The notes under the pieces: generated by a model | The model's input: only the letters and a program-made list of their open reading frames with translations | What the model was told of the DNA's origin: nothing | Databases searched by the model: none | Part shown: positions 1-10,991 of the stretch, one piece after another | How positions within the stretch are numbered: position 1 is the first letter of the stretch | How the letters are laid out: each line of letters opens with the position of its first letter | Position numbers and translations under genes: made by a program | DNA from: Wolbachia endosymbiont of Onchocerca ochengi | Lineage (GTDB): Bacteria > Pseudomonadota > Alphaproteobacteria > Rickettsiales > Anaplasmataceae | Length of the DNA: 32,000 bases | Reading direction: 5' to 3' | NCBI RefSeq assembly: GCF_000306885.1 | Contig: NC_018267.1 | Span: forward strand, 240,001-272,000

Positions 1-210
1 TATAAGCCAAAATGTGTTCATATAGCCTTTAAGACATCATAGAATCCAATCTGCAAGATTAGAGGATACTATCTATCACAAAGTTACTTTTACCTTTTTT
101 ATTTGGTAAATTTCTTGCATATTAAAGCAATTTATGCATAAACACTTATTTTTACAATCAATGGTGTTATTCCAATGTGTGATACCTGAACCTATATTTT
201 TCTCCTTTTA

Positions 211-235
211 AATCCCAGTGCTTGACACTGGGATT
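211..235. repeat. Short palindrome AATCCCAGTG-CTTGA-CACTGGGATT, resembling the core of a dispersed Wolbachia palindromic repeat
   Basis: Arms 211-220 and 226-235 are exact reverse complements (10 bp) around a 5-nt CTTGA loop; the CCCAGTGCTTGACACTGGG core is remembered as common in Wolbachia intergenic DNA. Confidence 0.6.
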
Positions 236-696
236 ACAGATGATCATAGTAATCCATTACAATCTAAAGAAAAAAAGAATAAAAAAGTATAGCTCTTTCA
301 TTGAGTAAAACCTCATACAAACAAAAACAATAGTAAAAGTACATTACCTGAAAAATAACTGAATAATAAAAATCTTTACATTATTCTTGCAGAAGTCGTA
401 TTCTTTCAGTAAGAATAGCACATTGTTACAAGAGAAATAACATTGGGGTTGATAAAAGCAGGGTTATTTGTTTTATGACTGCAGTGTTTGCTATAACAGC
501 ATCCGGATTGCATTTAAGCTTTCTATCAAACAAGTTAATATCTATTAATGTGAATCATCATGTTAATATCAACACATCAATAAATAATGATAAAAACCAA
601 ATATATATTACACTTGCAGTAAACAAGTAAATACAGTTCTTGCTCGTTGATGTGGAAGTTGCTATAATTAAAAGATATTTAAGAAATATTTAGCTG

Positions 697-1074
697 ATGC
701 ATATTCAATTGAACAGAGTTTTAGTTTTCATAGCCTTGCTGAGCTTCAGTTTCGCATCATACTCTAGCAAAGCAAGTTTAGCAAGTACTGAATTAAAGGA
801 TATACAAGAAATAATAAAAAACTTTATTTTTTCATTCTCAGTTAAAGATATTATAGAGAATATGAGTCCTTCAACAATTATAGGGTTATGTATAATTGCA
901 GTGATATTTGCAATAGTGTTCAGGGGCTTAATCTTTTTCATAATAATGTTTGTTGGCATGTTGGTTATGATGCTTGGTAGCATAGAAAAAGCAACGGATT
1001 ACCTGAAAGAGAAATTTAACTTCTCAAAAAGTACAAGCTTACAATCCGATAGCAAAAAAGACAAAGATTATTAA
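697..1074 (+). CDS. virB2: TrbC/VirB2-like pilin-family protein (T4SS)
   Basis: 125-aa ORF with N-terminal hydrophobic signal segment and two closely spaced hydrophobic helices (STIIGLCIIAVIFAIVFRG / FFIIMFVGMLVMMLG); 7 bp upstream of a VirB4 gene. Confidence 0.65.
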   Translation: MHIQLNRVLVFIALLSFSFASYSSKASLASTELKDIQEIIKNFIFSFSVKDIIENMSPSTIIGLCIIAVIFAIVFRGLIFFIIMFVGMLVMMLGSIEKATDYLKEKFNFSKSTSLQSDSKKDKDY

Positions 1075-1081
1075 GTATCAC

Positions 1082-3487
1082 TTGCAGCATTTTAGTTACC
1101 TTTTATTTATTAAATGTACACGATGTTATATGCAACCAAAAATACTAACAATTAATCCTAAGCTTGGTGGAAAAAATAAATTAAATTTAGCATTATTAAA
1201 AAGTATTGATTTAGATTTTATCCCCTACTCCTGCCATTATAATGAAGAAACCATATTAACAAAACAGGGAGAATTATTAAAAATAATCAAGTTAGAAGAC
1301 TATTTCTCTGCTGAGAACTATAGTGACCTTAGAACTGAAATTAGAAAAAGTATATCAAAAAATATCAATAGCCTATATTTTACCGTTTGGGTTCATACTG
1401 TTAGAAAGCGTAACAAATTCCGCTTAAAATGGAATAAAACTGGAGACTTTTCTGATAAATTACATTCAACTTGGTTTAATAAACTCACTGACAGCAAATT
1501 ACATTATATAAATGAGCTATATATTGTACTAGTGTTTAGCAATTTCGGTAAGTATATTAATAGTTCGTTTTTTCTCAGTAGAATAAAGAATGAGCATAAG
1601 CTGTCATTAAGAGAAAATCATCACGAATTAAGGAAGGTAACTGATTTAATTCAAAGTGATTTAAAACCTTTCGGGGCCAAGAAGCTTGGTCTTAGGTTTA
1701 GTGAGGGTAGAGTATATTCTGAAATGACAGAATTTCTCCATTACATCGTTACGTTAACACACAAAGATTATCCAATACGTGAAATAGATCTGTCGCAACA
1801 CATTAAAGATTTAAAGGTAGCTTTTGGCTTTAATACATTTCAAACAACATTTGAAAATCAACAAAAGTTTGGCTCTATCTTTTGCATAAAAGAATATCGG
1901 GAAATTCCATTAGAGAATATAGACAGGTGTTTACAGCTTGACTCTGAGTTTATTATTACAGAAATAATAATATTTACTAGTAACAATAAAGCAGTTAAAG
2001 AATTTAAAAATCAAATTGATATGCTGCAAATCAGTGAGGACAATACTCTACTTCAAAATTCAGGAATAAAGGAAATAATAGAACTTGGACAAACTTCTGC
2101 TATTAACTTTTGTCAACAAAAAATTATTTTTGCAATCTTTGCAGATAATAGAAATAGATTAATTGAAAATATTAGCAGCCTATCCTCCGTAATGTCGTCA
2201 ATTGGTTTGATGATGTTTAGAACTGATTTACATATGGAAAATCATTTTTGGGCACAACTTCCGTGCAATTTTACTTTTATTACGCAACCAAAAAGTATAC
2301 TAGCAAAATACGCTTGCAGCTTTGCTATGCTACATGACTTTACATCAGGTACATTAAAAGGAGGAAGATGGAAAGAAGCAGTGACGATCTTTTTTTCAAA
2401 AAAAGGAAGCCCTTATTTTTTTAATTTTCATGGGAAGAAAAACAATGGTCACACTACAATACTTGGAGCTCCAAATTCTGGCAGAACTTCATTAATTAAT
2501 TTCTTACTATCTGAGTCAAGAAAATTTAATCCTAAAATTATTATACTGGATAACACTGGAAAATCAATAATCTTTACTAAAGCAGTGAGTGGTAAATATT
2601 ACATAATTGACCCAAAATATAAAGATAAAAGCCTAAAATTTAACCCATTAAATATTGAAAATAGCGCTTCCAATCGCAATATGCTGATTAAGTTAATCAA
2701 AAAGATGATAGATGATACAAGCTTAGTAAACATAGAAGAAAAGATAAAAAAAATTGTAGATTCTATATTTACTGTACCAAGAGAATTGCGTTCTATTTCT
2801 AAAATTTCTGAGATGCTTTTACCCCTCGGGGGTAAAATAAGTAAATGGTGTGGTGATGGTGAGTTTGCTTACTTACTTCAAGGTGGTGAATCCGATATCG
2901 ATTGGAAAACAAAAACTATATCTCTCAATACTGCAAACCTCACAAAACGAAAGGAATGTATGTCCGTGATACTTTACTATTTTTTATACTCTTTCGAAGC
3001 AAAATGTGATGGCTCACCTGTAATACTTGTTTTAGATGAAGCATGGGAAATAAGCAATATTTTTTCCACAGAGAAAGAGTTTGATAACTGGATGCAAAGA
3101 ATGACAAAATTAAATGTCGTGGTAATTTCAAGTACTGAAAACCTAAATTTAGCATTTACTAGCAAATTTACTCAATACTTAGATAAGCATGTCGATACAA
3201 GAATTTTGATGCCAAATATCAATGCAAATAGATTATACATGAAAGCATTTTCTTTATCGAAAGAGGAACTGAATACAATTTTGCAAACTCCAACACAGGA
3301 AGGTTTATTCTTAATAAAGCAACATAAAGGGTTAATAACTTTAAATTTAAACTTGAAGAATATACAAGAAATGTACGTCCTCTCAGCTAATAAAAAGACT
3401 ATAAAGTATATGTATGAAGCGATAAAGGAAAAAGGCGACAAAGTTAATAAATGGTTACCGGTGTTTTATGAAAAGTGTAAGATTTAA
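1082..3487 (+). CDS. virB4: VirB4-family T4SS ATPase paralog (RvhB4-II type)
   Basis: 801-aa ORF; P-loop region GHTTILGAPNSGRTSLINF, Walker B-like PVILVLDEAWEI, typical VirB4/TraC C-terminal region. Exact start codon uncertain. Confidence 0.9.
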   Translation: MQHFSYLLFIKCTRCYMQPKILTINPKLGGKNKLNLALLKSIDLDFIPYSCHYNEETILTKQGELLKIIKLEDYFSAENYSDLRTEIRKSISKNINSLYFTVWVHTVRKRNKFRLKWNKTGDFSDKLHSTWFNKLTDSKLHYINELYIVLVFSNFGKYINSSFFLSRIKNEHKLSLRENHHELRKVTDLIQSDLKPFGAKKLGLRFSEGRVYSEMTEFLHYIVTLTHKDYPIREIDLSQHIKDLKVAFGFNTFQTTFENQQKFGSIFCIKEYREIPLENIDRCLQLDSEFIITEIIIFTSNNKAVKEFKNQIDMLQISEDNTLLQNSGIKEIIELGQTSAINFCQQKIIFAIFADNRNRLIENISSLSSVMSSIGLMMFRTDLHMENHFWAQLPCNFTFITQPKSILAKYACSFAMLHDFTSGTLKGGRWKEAVTIFFSKKGSPYFFNFHGKKNNGHTTILGAPNSGRTSLINFLLSESRKFNPKIIILDNTGKSIIFTKAVSGKYYIIDPKYKDKSLKFNPLNIENSASNRNMLIKLIKKMIDDTSLVNIEEKIKKIVDSIFTVPRELRSISKISEMLLPLGGKISKWCGDGEFAYLLQGGESDIDWKTKTISLNTANLTKRKECMSVILYYFLYSFEAKCDGSPVILVLDEAWEISNIFSTEKEFDNWMQRMTKLNVVVISSTENLNLAFTSKFTQYLDKHVDTRILMPNINANRLYMKAFSLSKEELNTILQTPTQEGLFLIKQHKGLITLNLNLKNIQEMYVLSANKKTIKYMYEAIKEKGDKVNKWLPVFYEKCKI

Positions 3488-6305
3488 TTTTTCATTCATG
3501 CTTCTCTGATATTTAGTCTTTCGTATCAAGGGTATGCTGATTGTCCACCTTTTGTAAAGAGCAATACTTGGTTTGAAGGAATGCTTGCTAGTAATTAGGT
3601 AAAAGAAATTAAGATAATAGCAATAAAAGATCAAGGAGTAAATGGCTACTTTAATCCTAAAATTAGAGTATGTGCTTATAACGGAAAAAGTTACTGTTAT
3701 GACTTACAAAGCGGAGAATCCTACTGCAAATATATGGAACACAAAGTATAGGAGCCAGAGTGTCAGCAGCAGCTTTTATCGATTGGGAAGGAGATAAGAC
3801 ATCCGTTAGAACAAAAATTGGGAAAGGCCTTGAATGGGAATGGCAGATGGTGTGATTGACAGTAACATATCTGATGAAGAAAAAGAGAGACTTGCCAAAC
3901 TTCCCAAATATGTGCTTGTAGTCAAAAAGGTGCTCGTAAATCTGGATTTACGAAATTTTGGGATTTTAGCATTATAGATTATAGTAACCTTTGTGACACT
4001 TGTTATCAAACAAAAGTGAGATGTACTCCCGTGCCACTTGCTCCTAGTCCGCCTCTATTTTGCAAACAACTTACGATCCCACCTCCTAAGGTGAAAATTG
4101 TTCCTATAACGAATGAAAATAATGATTACTTTGAACCTAAGGTTAAGGTAATAGTCAGTGATCTAACAATAGAAGATGGAAAAATTGAAAAAGAGTTAGA
4201 TTTTTCTAGAAAGTACAAAAAAGATAATAATGATAAGCTTCCTACTACAGATGAAATTAAGAAACATTTTATTTTAAATAAAGATTAAAGATAGCACTAC
4301 ATACTACTTTATAACATATAGAAAAAAGGTAAGCTCTGCGCTGAATACTATGGAACTCAAGGCATAAATGAAAAAAATCCGCAGTTCGTCCATTGTTTTC
4401 CAGCACCACCAGCCCCGGAACCTGAGGTAGTAGAGATAGTACAAAGTAACATGCAAGGAAAACAGAGTAATACGTTAAAGATAAGAATGAAGATGAACAG
4501 AAAAAATTGCATAAGTCAAGTAAATAAAAAATATAAAAATGGTTCCTGTACTTTCGATGTTAATACTAATTCTACTACAAACATTAGCCCTCTGTCTTTA
4601 ACAGTAATAAAGACAGCAATAGTAGCGAAAACAACTAATAATAAAAGTAATGTTGACAATATTATAAAAGGTATATTAGAAAATAATATGCAACAATTTA
4701 AAGTTCTGAAAGAATATGGTTATGTTCCTGATACTAAAGAAGAATGTGAAGAGTTTAATACAGAAGGTAAGTGCAAATTAGATAACTTAGGGCATCCAAA
4801 AGTAAAAGTAAAGTACAAAAAAATACCAAAAGCAAAATACTCTGTCTTTCTGGCTAGAAGCCAGAACCAGAGGAATATGCACTTCAAAGAGAAAGTGAGA
4901 TAATACCATTAAAGCTAATGGAGACAAAATATATTAAATACGATGCTGTTTATTCAAAAAAATCAAATCAGTTCTATTATCTTCCAAGCAAAGAAAAAGA
5001 AACAGTCAACCTTCTACAAAAACCTCAAGAAGAGTTGGATAGAATATATATTTAACAGGCAAGGGTATATTTTCTTTCTTGATAAAAATAAGCAAAAGAA
5101 GGTAGAATGCAGCTACTATATAAATCAAAATAATAAGATAGATGAAGCATTTGCATCTGGTAAAAGGCTGAAAGTAGTATACAAACTAATAGATGGAAAG
5201 CATGAAGAAAAAATTGTAACCAGGATAATTATGGCTGCATCTGCGTTAATGGAACATGTACTCGTTCAACACAATACTTGAATAAAAAGGATAATAATCC
5301 ATTTTACTTGAAGTATGAGGAAGTGGAATGCAAAGACAAGAGCACCAAGAAACATAGAAGTGTATGCAATTAAAAGACCAGCCAATCAAAGCAGACACGA
5401 CAGAGGTTTTTTATGCTAATAAATTATGTAGGTTTGACTTGGAAGGTTCAAAAAAGAGATTGGAAGAAATAACTAAGAAACAACTGAAGCAAGAACTTGA
5501 GAAAAAGAGTGAAAAAATTCTATGATTCGAAAAATAAAGATATTTATACAGATGATTTATCAATAATGTTTGATTCTATTGAAATAGAAGCATGGGGAAA
5601 GTGGTGAAGCAGGTCATATAGCAGACACATCTGTTAACTGTAAATCTCATGTATGTTCTACTAAGAGAAGATCAGGAATGCCAGGAGATTATATTAAGAC
5701 TAAACTAAGAATTGATCCTGATTATCCTCTAATTAAAATTAGAGCTATAGAGGAAAGAAGTAATAACGAAAACCACATTTCAAGTAAAAACGGGAAATCC
5801 ACTTTTATAAAAATGTGTAGTTTAGATAAGCAAGATCGTGAGAAATCAATCACCGTTGCGGGCGAAAGTAAACATAAAAGATATGTCCTGAAAATACAAG
5901 CTACAAAAAAACAGTAATTTATAGAAAAATTTAAGACTAGAAGAAAAGATAACAACAGCAAATACATTGAAATCTATACAAGATAATCAAATTGCATATA
6001 TAGAAAATGGTGAAATCAAGTATAAAACGGTAAGTTGTACCAGTGATTTTAGAAGCAGTATACCTGGTGTAGGTGGCTGCATTGACAAAAGCAAAGGGGT
6101 TTATAGCAAAGGCTCTCCAGAGTATGTGAAGATTAAACCTATTATTGAGAAATTCAACAAAAAAGAAATAAGTGACTTCATTAAAAAAACAATAAAAAAT
6201 CTCTATAGTCTCGGAACTATAACTAATTCTTCGGTAGGGAGCCTTAATGTAAATATAAGAAAAAAAATCGAAGAAAAAGTCAGAAAAGAACTGCTAGGGT
6301 CATAA
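3468..6305 (+). pseudogene. Decayed large gene downstream of virB4 (exported, Cys/Pro-containing, possibly T4SS-associated)
   Basis: Consecutive open stretches in shifting + frames: signal-peptide-like MKSVRFNFSFMLL.../FIHASLIFSLSYQGYADCPPF, then TAG 3596-3598, and ORFs 4016-4288, 4451-4903, 4943-5281, 5678-5917, 5967-6305 that read as pieces of one protein. Confidence 0.7.
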
Positions 6306-7158
6306 CATAATAAGTCATAAATTTTAACTATCACTTAAAATGGCTAAAATTCAGGCTTTTTTCTCATTTTAGTAACTAATTAAAATAACTACGTATAAAT
6401 TTACTATTTAAGTTTAACTGCTGTACTTTATAAAAAGGTGTAACTAATGTAAATGAGAAAAGTATTTTATGTCGCTAAAAAACAAAACTTCTGAGTTAAT
6501 AGAGTTTAATGCTAAATACCATACTAAGTTACTTAGATTAGGTTATACATAAGCGTGCTGCAAGTTAAATATCTGATTTTAATTACCCTTTGCATAACTA
6601 ACAGTGCAGTTGCAAGATCCAAATATCAGACATTATAAACATATCAACTCAATAAAAGAGAAAGTCGATCAGATTGATATTACAGGCATAGAAAGTAAAA
6701 CAAAAAGTGAAGTTAAAAAAGAAAATAGCAAAATTTTTAGGTTAATTTTCAAAGCGAACTAATCGCTAAGAGAATGAAGTGATACTATACAAGAATTATA
6801 AGCTCATTTACCGAAGAAATGGTGAATAGTTTCTGTGGAAAATACAACAGCACCACGGAGAAAAAAGATTACCCAGAGCATCAAAAAAATTAGTACACTT
6901 TTTTTCTACTCTGTTCAAAGAGATAGCTACAGAAAGCTTGAAAACTACTGTTAATTCAAACCTTTTACTAACTGAATCAACTTTCTCACATAATCCTCTC
7001 TGTACCCATGCTTTAGCATCACGGGAAAAAAATGGCAACATCACCTTTCACTGCACTTTTTTATTTCTGTTATAACAAACTCATTTATAATAATTCACGA
7101 TTAGATTGACACAAGATAAAGAGTAAATTAAAAATTGAATAGATCTTTAAATACAAAG

Positions 7159-8412
7159 TTAATGCCCATAGAAATATTAATGCCTGTTCTCTCACCGACA
7201 ATGAGTAAAACAGGAGGAAAAATCGTAAAATGGTACAAAAAAGAACAAGACAAAGTAGAAGTAGGTGATATAATTGCTGAAATAGAGACCGACAAAGCTA
7301 TAATGGAGCTTGAATCTGTAGATAGAGGAGTTTTAGCAAAAATTTTAGTGTCAGAAGGAGTAAGCGGTGTACCTGTGAATCAACCGATAGCTATAATGCT
7401 GGAAGAGGAGGAAGATTGGAATGCACTTGATAACTACGTTTCAGCTTCTGTTACTAATATCAAACCTGAAAAGGAAATTGAAACTAATCTTCCAACATCA
7501 TCCCAGTGCTTAACACTAAGACCTAGAAAAGAAGAAGATACCAACAAGGTAGTAGTAGAAGATAGAATAAAAATAAGCCCATTAGCTAAAAAAATAGCTC
7601 AAAGTGAAGGTGTTGACATAACGCACCTAAAAGGTACAGGCCCGCATGGTCGTATCGTTAAAGCTGATGTATTAGAACTTTTAGATGATAGTACACAAAT
7701 TGAAAGCCGTAAAAAGTTAAGTGAAGACATTATAATCGAAGTAAGTAACATGCGCCGGACGATAGCAGAGCGCTTGGTTGAATCTAAGCAGAATATTCCA
7801 CATTTTTATTTAACTGTAGACTGCCAGGTTGACAACCTCATATCGCTCAAAAATAAGATCAACTCAGCAAACGAAAACAATAAAGTAACAATTAATGATT
7901 TAATTATTAAAGCTGCGGCTTTTAGCATAAAAAAATTTCCTGACATAAATTCCTCGTGGATAGATAACAAGATAGTAAGATATTCAAATATAGATATCTC
8001 AGTTGCTGTAGCACTTGAAGATGGCCTAATTACTCCTATAGTGAAAGATGCTGACAAAAAAGGTATTTTATCTATATCAAGAGAAGTGAAAACTTTAGTA
8101 AACAGAGCGAAATCCGGAAAATTAAGACCTGAAGAATTTCAAGGAAAAGGGGTCACTATCTCCAACTTAGGGATGTTTGGTATAAAAGCTTTCAGTGCTA
8201 TTATTAATCCGCCGCAGTCTTGCATTATGGCCGTTGGTGCATCCAAAAAGCAACCGATTATTATAAATGAAAAAGTAGAGATTGCAGAGATAATGATAGT
8301 AACACTTTCAGCTGACCATAGAACAGTTGATGGAACAATGGGAGCAAAATTTTTAAATACCTTTAAGCACTATATAGAGAATCCTCTAACAATACTTATT
8401 GAAGTTACATAA
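7159..8412 (+). CDS. pdhC: Dihydrolipoamide acetyltransferase (E2) of pyruvate dehydrogenase complex
   Basis: N-terminal lipoyl domain (MPVLSPTMSKTGGKIVKW...IETDKAIMELES), E3-binding domain (ISPLAKKIAQSEGVDITHLKGTGPHGRIVKADV), catalytic domain with LSADHRTVDGTMGAKFL. ORF opens at 7135; start at 7159 (MPIEILMP) preferred. Confidence 0.95.
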   Translation, partial: LMPIEILMPVLSPTMSKTGGKIVKWYKKEQDKVEVGDIIAEIETDKAIMELESVDRGVLAKILVSEGVSGVPVNQPIAIMLEEEEDWNALDNYVSASVTNIKPEKEIETNLPTSSQCLTLRPRKEEDTNKVVVEDRIKISPLAKKIAQSEGVDITHLKGTGPHGRIVKADVLELLDDSTQIESRKKLSEDIIIEVSNMRRTIAERLVESKQNIPHFYLTVDCQVDNLISLKNKINSANENNKVTINDLIIKAAAFSIKKFPDINSSWIDNKIVRYSNIDISVAVALEDGLITPIVKDADKKGILSISREVKTLVNRAKSGKLRPEEFQGKGVTISNLGMFGIKAFSAIINPPQSCIMAVGASKKQPIIINEKVEIAEIMIVTLSADHRTVDGTMGAKFLNTFKHYIENPLTILIEVT

Positions 8413-9400
8413 GTATTTAATTTACTTAACATTATTATTATTGAATTAATGCCCATAAATTTACAATCATATTAGTTAATGGTTTAGAGGTAAAAGTATA
8501 TTGATACAAAAACGCACTAACATATAATATACCCTTTATTACTACAAGATTAAAATTTAACCTCTTTAATCTTGGATTCTGCAACTCTTTTATGAATAGC
8601 ACTAAAGCTAAGTCCTTTTAGCACTAAGCCAGTTGTTTATGTTTATTGCAGATAATCTACCAAAACATGGTGTAAGATACTAGATACTAGAATATATGTT
8701 TCTCTTTTCAAACGCCTATATATCAACCAATCCTTCTATTACACATATTAATTTATTGTCACGTTTTGAATCGATACAAATAGACAAGGTGACCTTATAC
8801 TATCTAGATTTTCTGCAGACCTCACACTTTATTATAAGATGCACTAGCATCTTTAATCAAGGGTGCAAGTAGCAGCATAACACCTTTTCTCTGTTCTGAG
8901 ATATATAACTAACCTGCGTGATAATGATGGCCTCAAACTGGGCAATTCAGAAAAAGCATGAACTAAATTTTTTATATCAATGTTTATTCTACAAATTCAA
9001 AATAGACGACAAGATGGTAATATTAAATCCTCGATAAAAAAATAAGTTTTACTTAATTTTGTTTTGGCTAACTACAGGAAAATTACTTCCGCATACTCAT
9101 ACTCTCATTATACTGAGGGCAAAGATATTTAGAGAACTCAAAAAATCCACCTTCATCTGCAGGCTTTTCTATCAAACAACCAAAACTCAGTAAAAAAATA
9201 TAGCGTACCTTCAATATACACAGATAGATGTACACATATCCTACATTTTTTCTGAATTCTTATTTAGAAGAGAACTACCAAATCTAGCACCTAAAATCAG
9301 TTTATAACTCGCTCAAGCTTTTGATAAATTTAAGTGTTAGTAACCACATAAAAAACAGAATACATCTATATTCTTTGTACTTTAAACCTCTAATACTCAA

Positions 9401-10399
9401 CTATTGAACAAGCCCTATAATATCCTTAACTTCTTTTATGCTATGATCTGCAATCTCTGCTGCTTTTTCTGTACCTCTTTTTAAGATTTCATATAAATAA
9501 GATTGGTATTTTAAGAGATCATTAATCTTCTCACGTATGGGTGATACGACACTGATGATTAAATCAGCTAACTCTTTCTTAAAGTACTTCATATCATGTT
9601 TATTCATTTCTTCACACACTTTACTTACATCAAAACTACCGAGTGCTGAATAAATGTTTAATAAATTACTTACTTCCGGGCGGTATTTTAAAGTAGCAAA
9701 ATCAAAGCCTAGTATTGAATCTGTTTTTGCCTTTCCTATTTTTTTAATAATTAGATCATCGGTGTCATCAAGGTTAATGCATGAACCTTCTGAAGAATCA
9801 GACTTACTCATCTTACTTGCACTACTCCTTAAGCTCATTATCCTCGATGTATAATCTAAAAGTAGGATTTCAGGTATGATAAAATGATCAATTTTATAGT
9901 AATTATTGAAAGTTAACGCGATATCACGTGCGAGCTCTAAATGTTGCTTTTGATCATCACCAACAGGAACGTATTTAGCTCGATACAGCAATATATCTGC
10001 AGCCATAAGTACCGGGTAACTATATAACCCCAAAGATGCTCTTTGTTTGCCATCACCAGCCTTACCTTTAAATTGAGTCATACGGTTAAGCCAACTAACT
10101 GGCGTATAACACCCAAGCAGCCAACCCAGCTTAGTATGGCCGCTAACTGTGGACTGACTAAAAATAATGGACTTTTCTGGATTTATTCCACACGCAATGT
10201 AAGCTGCTGCTGTTTTTAAAATATTACCTTTTAATTCGCTTGCAGAAAGCTTATTGGTTGTAATTGCATGTAAATCAACAATACAAAAAAAAGATTTATA
10301 TTTATTCTGTAAATCTACCCACTGCTTAATTGCACCAAGATAATTGCCTAAGTGTAATATACCACTCGGTTGAACACCTGAAAAAACAATATTACACAT
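9401..10399 (-). CDS. trpS: Tryptophanyl-tRNA synthetase
   Basis: 332 aa; class I signature PSGILHLGNYLGA, KMSKSD motif, typical TrpS length. Confidence 0.97.
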   Translation of the reverse strand: MCNIVFSGVQPSGILHLGNYLGAIKQWVDLQNKYKSFFCIVDLHAITTNKLSASELKGNILKTAAAYIACGINPEKSIIFSQSTVSGHTKLGWLLGCYTPVSWLNRMTQFKGKAGDGKQRASLGLYSYPVLMAADILLYRAKYVPVGDDQKQHLELARDIALTFNNYYKIDHFIIPEILLLDYTSRIMSLRSSASKMSKSDSSEGSCINLDDTDDLIIKKIGKAKTDSILGFDFATLKYRPEVSNLLNIYSALGSFDVSKVCEEMNKHDMKYFKKELADLIISVVSPIREKINDLLKYQSYLYEILKRGTEKAAEIADHSIKEVKDIIGLVQ

Positions 10400-10411
10400 T
10401 ATTTTATTTTA

Positions 10412-10981
10412 CTAATTGTTTTCACAATCAGCAGATCTCTTGGAAATAACAACCATTGCAGGACGAAGTAACCTACTTTTAATAGTATAACCAGTTTGTA
10501 AAACCTCCATGATAGTACCAACCTCTTTTTCATTATCTTCTCTCTCTACAATAGCCTGATGCAAATTACTATCAAAGAGTTCCCCAATTGGATCCATTTC
10601 TTTTATTCCATATTTTTTAAGATCACTCATAATTTTTTGATGAGCTACTTTAATCCCCTCATGAACAGGATCACCATCTTCCAGGTTTTCCATTACTCTT
10701 TTCAAATTATCGCAAGAGTCTATTATATCACGTGCAAATTGTGTAACTGCATAATCGCTTGCATCGCTGATTTGCTTTTGCATTATACGTTTGACGTTCT
10801 CGTTATCTGCAACAGCACGGCGTAAATGATCTTCAAGCTGAGCTGCGCGCTCTTTTAATATACTGAGATCTTCGTTCAAATCACTAGTTTGGTTGTTGCT
10901 ATCATTTTGCTGACCTTCACTCTTCTGCTTATTTACCACACCGGTAAACTTCTTCCCCTTTTCTTTACTACCACTTGACAT
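10412..10981 (-). CDS. grpE: Nucleotide exchange factor GrpE
   Basis: 189 aa; coiled-coil N-terminus and GrpE motif region (ELFDSNLHQAIVEREDNEKEVGTIMEVLQTGYTIKSRLLRPAMVVIS). Confidence 0.95.
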   Translation of the reverse strand: MSSGSKEKGKKFTGVVNKQKSEGQQNDSNNQTSDLNEDLSILKERAAQLEDHLRRAVADNENVKRIMQKQISDASDYAVTQFARDIIDSCDNLKRVMENLEDGDPVHEGIKVAHQKIMSDLKKYGIKEMDPIGELFDSNLHQAIVEREDNEKEVGTIMEVLQTGYTIKSRLLRPAMVVISKRSADCENN

Positions 10982-10991
10982 ACCATTACCC

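Noticed and set aside
2940-3441. Minus-strand ORFs inside virB4
   Set aside because: Antisense to the well-supported VirB4 C-terminal domain.
6808-7044. 78-aa minus-strand ORF (AWVQRGLCEKVDSVSKRFELTVVFKLS...)
   Set aside because: Protein-like wording but no recognisable family and no supporting context; left as unassigned intergenic sequence.
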